Source: Spirochaetia bacterium
GTDB lineage: Bacteria; Spirochaetota; Spirochaetia; CAKZLE01
NCBI GenBank assembly: GCA_963677595.1
Contig: OY782041.1
Coordinates: 3,904,001 to 3,968,000 of the forward strand
Direction: 5' to 3'
DNA: 64,000 bases
Position 1 is the first letter of the stretch, and every line of letters begins with the position of its first letter. The notes below the pieces were generated by a model, which was not told the DNA's origin, ran no database searches, and worked only from the letters and a program-made list of their open reading frames with translations. Made by a program: the position numbers and the translations under genes. Below, piece after piece: positions 57,492 through 64,000 of the stretch.

Positions 57492-58700
57492 CTATCGGAT
57501 GCGTGCCTTCGCTGCATCCAATAATTCCTTGAGTTTAGCCGCGGGGTCCTCGAACTTGCTGAGGAAGATCATCGCTGCGATGATGTACGGCTTGAAGCTC
57601 GCCTCTTTGTAGAGGGGCACACGATAGCGATCGAAGACGGAAGCGGAGACCTCCCCTTCCTTGCAGCTCACCCCTGAGATGTCTGCCGGCAGGCAGTGCA
57701 TATAGAGGGCCTTGCCGTCGCGTGTCTTTGCCATGAGTTCCTCGGTGCATTCCCAGTCCTTGAACTGTGCATTCTGTTCGAGACATCGCTTCTCCAGGTC
57801 CTTGAGCTCATCGAACTTTCCCTCTTCCACGAGCTGCGTCCGCTCTTCCATGACGGAGAAGGGAGCCCAGCTCTTCGGGTAGACGATATCGGCATCCTTG
57901 AAGGCCTCTTCCATGCTCTCGACCCTGGTGAAGGAACCGCCGCTCTTCCGGGCATTCTCTGCAGCGACCTCTTCCATCTCCGGCATCACGTTATAGCCTT
58001 CCGGATGGGCAAGGACCACATCCATGCCGAACCGGGTGAAGAGCCCGATGATACCCTGGGGAACTGAGAGCGGCTTCCCGTAGGATGGTGAATAGGCCCA
58101 GGTCATGGCGATCTTCTTGCCCTTGAGGTTCTCGACCCCGCCGAACTCATGGATGACATGGAGCATGTCAGCCATCGACTGGGTCGGGTGGTCTATATCA
58201 CACTGGAGGTTGACCAGGGTCGGTCTCTGCTCGAGTACCCCATCCTTGTTCCCCTCTTCAACGGCTTCGGCCACCTCTTTCATGTAGGTATGCCCCTTGC
58301 CGATGTACATGTCGTCCCGGATCCCGATGACGTCAGCCATGAAGGAGATCATGTTCGCAGTCTCCCTCACCGTCTCACCATGGGCGATCTGGCTCTTCCC
58401 CTCATCGAGGTCCTGTACTTCCAGGCCGAGCAGGTTGCAGGCACTGGCGAAACTGAACCGGGTCCTCGTCGAGTTGTCCCTGAACAGGGAGATTCCCAGC
58501 CCGCTGTCAAAGACCTTCGAGGAGATGTTCTCCTCCCTCATTGCCCTGAGGATATCGGCCACCTTGAATGTGGCATCGATCTCATCATCGCTCTCCTTCC
58601 AGGTATGGAAGAAGTCGTTCAGGTACATCCCCTTCGTCTCAAGCTCAGCAAGCGCCTCGATCATCTTCTGTATCTCTTTCTTCTTCATCTCTCTTTCCAT
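57492..58700 (-). CDS. ygeW: Knotted carbamoyltransferase YgeW
   Basis: FRDNSTRTRFSF, IAHGETVRE, NLQCDIDHPTQ, WAYSPSYGKPLSVPQG, HCLPAD. Confidence 0.95.
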   Translation of the reverse strand: MEREMKKKEIQKMIEALAELETKGMYLNDFFHTWKESDDEIDATFKVADILRAMREENISSKVFDSGLGISLFRDNSTRTRFSFASACNLLGLEVQDLDEGKSQIAHGETVRETANMISFMADVIGIRDDMYIGKGHTYMKEVAEAVEEGNKDGVLEQRPTLVNLQCDIDHPTQSMADMLHVIHEFGGVENLKGKKIAMTWAYSPSYGKPLSVPQGIIGLFTRFGMDVVLAHPEGYNVMPEMEEVAAENARKSGGSFTRVESMEEAFKDADIVYPKSWAPFSVMEERTQLVEEGKFDELKDLEKRCLEQNAQFKDWECTEELMAKTRDGKALYMHCLPADISGVSCKEGEVSASVFDRYRVPLYKEASFKPYIIAAMIFLSKFEDPAAKLKELLDAAKARIR

Positions 58701-58750
58701 CCTCCAACGGTAATCAAAAATAATAACATACTCTCTTCTCAGTATGGTGG

Positions 58751-61627
58751 TTACGAAATCTTCCCTAAGGCCCGCAGCACCTTCTCGGCTGTGAACGGCC
58801 AGTCCCGGATCCAGACCCCTGCAGCATCATAGATGGCATTGGCAATGGCCGGGGCTGCCCCGTTGCAGCTGATCTCCGAGACGGATTTGCCCCCGAACGG
58901 CCCGTCCGGGTCATCGGTCGGGATGAGCACGGCCTTGAAGTCAGAAGGCACTTCCGAGATCATCGGGACCCCGTAGTCCCTGAGGCCGGTGACCCGGCAG
59001 GCTCCGTCCTCATCAAGGATCATATCCTCGTAGAGGGTGTGCCCGATCGATTTCAGGCTGCCCCCGTAGATCTGGCCCAATGCCAGTTCGGGATTGATCG
59101 GTGTCCCGCAGTCCTGCAGGGCGTAGTACTTATCAAGTGTGATCTCACCGGTCCTGGTATTCACCGAGACCTGGCAGAAGTGGGCCCCATAGGGGAATGC
59201 GGCTTCCTCTGTCGTGAACGAGGCATAGCCGACGAGCTGCCCCATACCAAGGCCTGCCTGGGTATCCTGGGCGATCTGCCAGTAGGAGATCTCCTTCCCA
59301 CCCTCGGAAACGACCTTCCCCGGATAGGCTACTGTCAAACTCTCCACGTCCTCCCCGAGTGACCGTGAGGCGGCGTTAAGGATTCTCGTCCTCAGCTCCT
59401 CAGCAGCCAGTTTCGAGGCACTGCCTGAGAAGAACGTCCCGCTCGAGGCATAGGCCCCGGTATCGAAGGGGGTGCTGTCCGTATCGCCGGACAGGATCGA
59501 GACCCGATCCATATCGACGCAGAGTACCTCCGCGGCGAACTTGACCGAAACGGTATCGAGCCCGGTCCCGAGGTCGGCGCCTCCGGAGTGGAGCATGAAC
59601 GAGCCGTCTGCGAGCATCTTGATATCGGCACAGGAATGGTCAAGGCCGGGGAGGCCTGACCCCTGCTGTATCAGGGCGACCCCCTTGCCGATCCTCACAT
59701 CAGGATCTCCAGACTCCTCTCTCTCTCCCCAATCGATCATCTTGGCCCCTTTCTCGAGGGCACCGTCGAGCCCGCAGCTCTTCACGAGGGCGGGAGTCCC
59801 CTCCCGTCCCTCTCCAAGACACCTGAGGATCTCCAGCATGGAGCCCTCACGCACCCGGTTGGCCTCTAGCAGCTCATACAGGTCCATATCGAGTTCAGCT
59901 GCCAGTTCGCCGAGGGCAGTCATGAGTGCGAAGCTCCCCTTCGGGGCCCCGTATCCCTGGTATGCCCCTGTGGGCGGTATGTTCGAGTAGTAGGTCGTGA
60001 CATCGAATGCCATATTGTCACAGAGCACGAGCGGGAGTGATTTCGAGCAGGCGTTCATGGGGACCGTGAGGCAGTGGTTGCCGAAGGGCCCGGTATTCGC
60101 CTTGAGGTCCATATAGACCGCGGTAAGCTTGCCGTCCTTCTTCGCACCGAGCTTCATGGTGATCTTCATCGGGTGCCTGGTGCTGTTCCCGATGAACTCC
60201 TCTTCCCGGCTGTAGTGGTAGAGTACCGACCTGCCGGTAGTCCATGCAGCATAGGCGGTCACCTCCTCGAGGAGGATATCCTGCTTTGAGCCGTAGCCCC
60301 CGCCTACCCGTTCCTTGATGACATGGACCTGGTTCTCGCTGATCCCAAGGACGGTCGCAACGATCCTCCTCAGGTGCCATGGCACCTGGGTCGAGGCATG
60401 GATGACCACCCGGTCCCCATCCATCTTCGCATAGGCAATATGGGTCTCCAGCGGCGTACACTGGATCTGTGAGGTCTCATAGGTACGCTCGATGACGGTA
60501 TCAGCCTCTTCAAGCCCCCTGGCTATATCGCCGATGGAGCCGTGGGCACCCGCCGCGATGTTCCGGTGGGAGTCAGCATGGAGCGGGAACTGGTAGATGA
60601 CCTTCCCGTCCCGCTCATCAGAGCTCTGGTTATAGGCTTCGAGGTCATTCGGAGCTCCTGCGACATACTCGACGACCCCGTTCTGGACGATCGGTGCGCC
60701 TTCGGCTGCTGCATCGTCTATGGTGAAGACCGGCTTCAGCACCTCATACTCCACTTCGATGAGCTTCAGCGCCTCCTGCGCGATCTCGGGAGTCTCAGCC
60801 ACGACTGCCGCGACCCGGTCACCGACATGGCGGACCTTGTGATTGAACATCCGCTTGTCATAGGGGGACGGTTCCGGGAATCCCTGCCCGGCAGAGCCGT
60901 AATAGACATCGGGACAGTTCTTATAGGTGATCACAAGCACGACACCCGGACAGGCTTCAGCCTTCGAGGTATCGATCCTCGTTATATAGGCATGTGCATG
61001 GGGTGAGCGCAGCATCTTCAGGTGACAGCTGCCCGGTTCGACCATATCCTCGACGAAGGCCTTCCAGCCTGCGACGAGCTTCTTGCCGTCGACCTTCGGC
61101 TTCACCTTGCCAACCACACGAAGGTCTTCCCTGAACTCAGGGGCGATCTCCGTGGTATAGGAAGGATCATTCATCCGCTCCTTGGCCAGCTTCACTGCCG
61201 TGAAGAACTGTTCATAGCCGGTGGCCCGATTGAAAAGGCCTGAGAGTGCATCGGCGATATCGTCCCAGTCAGGGTCCGGTTCCCGCTCGAGCAGTTCGGT
61301 GATCAACAGGGCCGCAGCCGGGGCGTTATAGGCTGACTGGACGACTCCTGCATCCACCATCGCCTGCTGCACCACGCTGAGGTTCCTCCCGACAGCGAGC
61401 GATTCGGGCGTGGTGATCGCCTTCCCCTCTACCTGGCTGAGGACGAGCAGGTTCGCATACATGGGGATACCGTCGATGAGTACGGTATCGCTTCCTGCGA
61501 AGCCTTCCGCATCGTCACTGTCCCTGACTGATATAAACCCGGTTCTCTTGAGGACGGACTGCAGGGATTCCCCGGTTCCCCCGGTGAGCTCTTTCTTCAC
61601 TCCGTTTATCGTGCATGAGATCATCAT
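58751..61627 (-). CDS. xdhD: Xanthine dehydrogenase-family molybdenum subunit XdhD/YgfN
   Basis: SVRDSDD.EGFAGSD N-terminus, LRSPHAHA, STQVPWH, VGGGYGSKQ, GAYQGYGAP, DLGTG, PFGGKSVSE. Confidence 0.92.
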   Translation of the reverse strand: MMISCTINGVKKELTGGTGESLQSVLKRTGFISVRDSDDAEGFAGSDTVLIDGIPMYANLLVLSQVEGKAITTPESLAVGRNLSVVQQAMVDAGVVQSAYNAPAAALLITELLEREPDPDWDDIADALSGLFNRATGYEQFFTAVKLAKERMNDPSYTTEIAPEFREDLRVVGKVKPKVDGKKLVAGWKAFVEDMVEPGSCHLKMLRSPHAHAYITRIDTSKAEACPGVVLVITYKNCPDVYYGSAGQGFPEPSPYDKRMFNHKVRHVGDRVAAVVAETPEIAQEALKLIEVEYEVLKPVFTIDDAAAEGAPIVQNGVVEYVAGAPNDLEAYNQSSDERDGKVIYQFPLHADSHRNIAAGAHGSIGDIARGLEEADTVIERTYETSQIQCTPLETHIAYAKMDGDRVVIHASTQVPWHLRRIVATVLGISENQVHVIKERVGGGYGSKQDILLEEVTAYAAWTTGRSVLYHYSREEEFIGNSTRHPMKITMKLGAKKDGKLTAVYMDLKANTGPFGNHCLTVPMNACSKSLPLVLCDNMAFDVTTYYSNIPPTGAYQGYGAPKGSFALMTALGELAAELDMDLYELLEANRVREGSMLEILRCLGEGREGTPALVKSCGLDGALEKGAKMIDWGEREESGDPDVRIGKGVALIQQGSGLPGLDHSCADIKMLADGSFMLHSGGADLGTGLDTVSVKFAAEVLCVDMDRVSILSGDTDSTPFDTGAYASSGTFFSGSASKLAAEELRTRILNAASRSLGEDVESLTVAYPGKVVSEGGKEISYWQIAQDTQAGLGMGQLVGYASFTTEEAAFPYGAHFCQVSVNTRTGEITLDKYYALQDCGTPINPELALGQIYGGSLKSIGHTLYEDMILDEDGACRVTGLRDYGVPMISEVPSDFKAVLIPTDDPDGPFGGKSVSEISCNGAAPAIANAIYDAAGVWIRDWPFTAEKVLRALGKIS

Positions 61628-62460
61628 GACTGACCTCCTCGTTCTGTCTCGATCATCTTCAGGATCGTTACCGCGATCAGGTACTGCCGGTATTCCCGGC
61701 TGCCCGTGATGTCATCAGCCGGCGTGATCTCACGCCGTACCATCTGAAGGCACTGTGCCTCTTCGGTGAGGTCACGGTTCTCGATCGCCTGCTCTATCAC
61801 GGGAAGGCGCTGTATACCCGCACCGATTCCACCGACTACTACCCGTACATCGGCATACTGCCCGTCAGTCAACTCGGCTCCGAAGGCAACCACTGCGTCA
61901 GGACGTCTCTGGGCGGTCCGTGCATACCGTTTCACACGCACGATCCTGGGCTTCTTCTTTATGAAGATCTCCTCTATGCAGGAACCCTTGAAGTTCTCGA
62001 AGTTCTCGACGAACTCACGTATCGGTATATCCTCACGTATGATCCTGCCGTCTGAGTCTATGTCGATCGTGTGGATCCTCGCCTTGGCCGCGATCAGGAC
62101 CGGCAGCAGGTAGGAGTCATCCCTGCAGGCAGCGATGTTTCCCCCGATGGTAGCCATGTTCCTCAACGTCCTCGAACCGGCGAAGCATGCTGCTTCTTTC
62201 AGGTATCCCGGCACCTCATCTGCCTCGACGAGGTCCTGGAGGCGTACCATCGCCCCGATGAAGATCCCATCCTCGTTCTCGGCGATGACGTCGAGCCCCA
62301 GCCCTTCCAGGCTCAGTCCTGTATAGGGTAACGGCGCAGACTCAGAGCCCAGCCTGTTGATCTCTGTCCCTCCGGCGATGAAGAGACTCTCTGTCCCGAG
62401 ACGCATCCTATGCTCAAGAAGTTCATCGAGCGATGTGCTCCTGATAAAATCTGTGATCAT
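61624..62460 (-). CDS. ygfM: Molybdopterin oxidoreductase FAD-binding subunit (YgfM-like)
   Basis: IAGGTEIN, IGAMVRL, RNMATIGGN, DITGSREYR; adjacent to xdhD. Confidence 0.8.
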   Translation of the reverse strand: MITDFIRSTSLDELLEHRMRLGTESLFIAGGTEINRLGSESAPLPYTGLSLEGLGLDVIAENEDGIFIGAMVRLQDLVEADEVPGYLKEAACFAGSRTLRNMATIGGNIAACRDDSYLLPVLIAAKARIHTIDIDSDGRIIREDIPIREFVENFENFKGSCIEEIFIKKKPRIVRVKRYARTAQRRPDAVVAFGAELTDGQYADVRVVVGGIGAGIQRLPVIEQAIENRDLTEEAQCLQMVRREITPADDITGSREYRQYLIAVTILKMIETERGGQS

Positions 62461-62480
62461 ACCATCCTCCCATACCGACC

Positions 62481-63842
62481 TTACGAAGAGGCAAGCAGCC
62501 TTCCTGCTATCTCATTCCCCTTCTTAGCCAGTTCTCCTTCGTCGACCCCGACGATCCTTCCCTCATCGACGACTACCTTCCCGTTCACGATGGTGTAGGC
62601 GGTACTGTGGTCGTAGCCGGTGAATATGAGGGCTGCCAGCGGGTCAGAGAGTGACCCTGCGTACTCGAAGGAACTCACATCGAAGACCGCAGCATCTGCT
62701 GCGTACCCTTCTTCGAGCTTCCCGACCCCGTCGAAGTGGAGCAGGGACGCCCCGTTCTCCGATGCCATCCTGAAGATCTCCCGGGCTGTGATCGCCCCGC
62801 TCCCGTACCTGACCCGCTGCAGCAGCAGTGCGTTACGCATCTCACCGAGGAAGTCTGAGGAGTCGTTCGATGCGGAACCGTCCACGCCGATAGCCACGTT
62901 GATCCCCATCGGGAGCATCTCATGGACCCGACAGATACCTGAACCCAGCCTCATGTTCGAGGATGGACAGTGTGCAATATGGGTGCCGGTCTTCGCGAGC
63001 AGCTTCAGTTCATCGTCATTGAAGTGTATCCCGTGGGCGTAGGAGACATCATTCCCGATGAAACCGCACTCCTCCATGAGGGCCAGCGGCCGTTTCCCGT
63101 ATTTCTCGACGCAGAAATCACTCTCGTCCAGCGTCTCCGCAAGGTGCGTCTGCAGCCCGACCCCGTATTCACGTGCAAGCTTCACCGACTCCTTCATGAG
63201 GTCCTTCGAGACACTGAACGGGCTGCAGGGGGCCAGGAGGACCTTCCTCATGGCCTGAGCTGCAGGATCATGATACTGCTCGATCACCCTCAGACTGTCT
63301 GCGAGGATCTCCTCCTCGTCCTGGACAACGGAATCAGGGGGGAGTCCCCCATCCTTCCTGCTTAAGGACATGGAGCCCCTCGTCGGGCTGAACCGCATCC
63401 CAAGCTGCTCGGCAGCACTGAACTGCACGCCCATCATGTCAGCGGTGAACGAACGCGGGTAGAGGTAGTGGTGGTCGGTGGTCGTGGTGCAGCCGGTCTT
63501 CAACAGCTCGCCCATGGCAAGCAGTGAGGAGTGGTAGACCGCCTCCTCATCGATGAACTTCCAGATCTCATAGAGGTGTACCAGCCAGTCGAAGAGCTTG
63601 GCGTCCTGGACAGCGGGAATATTCCTCGTGAGGGTCTGGTAGAAGTGGTGATGGGTGTTCACGAACCCAGGGACCACGACGTGGTGCGAGCAGTCGATCA
63701 CCCGTGCCCCTTCAGGGGGCTCGATCTCCCTGGCGATCTGTTTCACCACTCCGTCATGCATCAGCAGGTCGTATCCCCTCAGAGGCTCTCTCTGTGAGGA
63801 TAGGTAGAGATAGAATACATCTTTCAGAACAAGCGCAGCCAT
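62481..63842 (-). CDS. 8-oxoguanine deaminase-like amidohydrolase (SsnA/AtzB/TriA family)
   Basis: NTHHHFYQTLTR, DHHYLYP, APCSPFSV, THLAE, HCPSSNMRL, GVDGSASND. Confidence 0.88.
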   Translation of the reverse strand: MAALVLKDVFYLYLSSQREPLRGYDLLMHDGVVKQIAREIEPPEGARVIDCSHHVVVPGFVNTHHHFYQTLTRNIPAVQDAKLFDWLVHLYEIWKFIDEEAVYHSSLLAMGELLKTGCTTTTDHHYLYPRSFTADMMGVQFSAAEQLGMRFSPTRGSMSLSRKDGGLPPDSVVQDEEEILADSLRVIEQYHDPAAQAMRKVLLAPCSPFSVSKDLMKESVKLAREYGVGLQTHLAETLDESDFCVEKYGKRPLALMEECGFIGNDVSYAHGIHFNDDELKLLAKTGTHIAHCPSSNMRLGSGICRVHEMLPMGINVAIGVDGSASNDSSDFLGEMRNALLLQRVRYGSGAITAREIFRMASENGASLLHFDGVGKLEEGYAADAAVFDVSSFEYAGSLSDPLAALIFTGYDHSTAYTIVNGKVVVDEGRIVGVDEGELAKKGNEIAGRLLASS

Positions 63843-63846
63843 AGTA

Positions 63847-64000
63847 TCACTCCATGATCAATGTGTCGATGAACTGGTCCAGCAGGTTGAGGGATACCTC
63901 CTTCCTGTAGACGGCAGTCGATCTCTGATCATCGATTGGCTGGATCAACGCCGCGTAATCGCGGCGTATCTCAGAATACAGCTCCTTCAGCTTTTCAACA
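63847..64000 (-). CDS. 3' end of a xanthine dehydrogenase FAD-binding (XdhB-like) subunit, truncated by the window edge
   Basis: Manual translation: ...YAALIQPIDDQRSTAVYRKEVSLNLL...ME*; PIDDxRSTAxYR is the C-terminal motif of CO-dehydrogenase-type flavoprotein subunits. Confidence 0.75.
   Translation of the reverse strand, partial: VEKLKELYSEIRRDYAALIQPIDDQRSTAVYRKEVSLNLLDQFIDTLIME

Noticed and set aside
61190-61627. XdhD N-terminal ferredoxin-like region lacks the [2Fe-2S] cysteines
   Set aside because: As I recall, E. coli XdhD/YgfN has the same Cys-less SDDxxGFAGSD region, so this is a family trait, not a novelty or a pseudogene.
1-64000. CRISPR arrays, tRNA/rRNA genes, IS elements, integrases, prophage or defence genes
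   Set aside because: No regularly spaced repeats, cloverleaf signatures or transposase/integrase/nuclease motifs were seen; nearly all sequence is accounted for by metabolic and signalling genes.

Overview
Bacterial chromosomal window, probably from a Spirochaetota (Sphaerochaeta/Sediminispirochaeta-like) organism. This is inferred from the Cys-less 'xAGGxxE' N-termini of the binding proteins and from the gene content. There are four blocks. (1) 1-23.4 kb: an all-minus-strand catabolic island with three lactonase-like hydrolases (one AiiA/AttM-type metallo-beta-lactamase fold, two phosphotriesterase-like paralogues), an atypical TRAP transporter, two tandem paralogous sugar-type ABC operons, RpiB-like and TIM-barrel isomerases, a VOC protein, two MFS transporters, a class II aldolase, RbsD and a DeoR regulator. 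It has near-consensus sigma70 promoters and a recurring candidate operator. (2) 23.6-40.3 kb: housekeeping genes (nrdR, dGTPase-like, a membrane-anchored shikimate kinase, aroC, murE, ddl, dinB, trmL, proC/proB/proA, serS, pncB, amidase). (3) 40.3-52.6 kb and 57.5-64 kb: a selenium-dependent molybdenum hydroxylase maturation operon (yqeC-yqeB-desulfurase-selD-DUF3343-yedF), a type II ABC importer and anaerobic purine-catabolism genes (ade, NCS2 permease, ygeW, xdhD, ygfM, deaminase). (4) 52.6-57.4 kb, inserted among the purine genes, is the most unusual element: a membrane-GAF-PAS histidine kinase with a C-terminal FeeM/LuxI-like N-acyltransferase (GNAT) domain, transcribed divergently from an ICMT-family membrane methyltransferase and a REC-HD-GYP response regulator. 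No rRNA, tRNA, CRISPR array or transposase was recognised. All calls come from reading motifs by eye; no database search was run.
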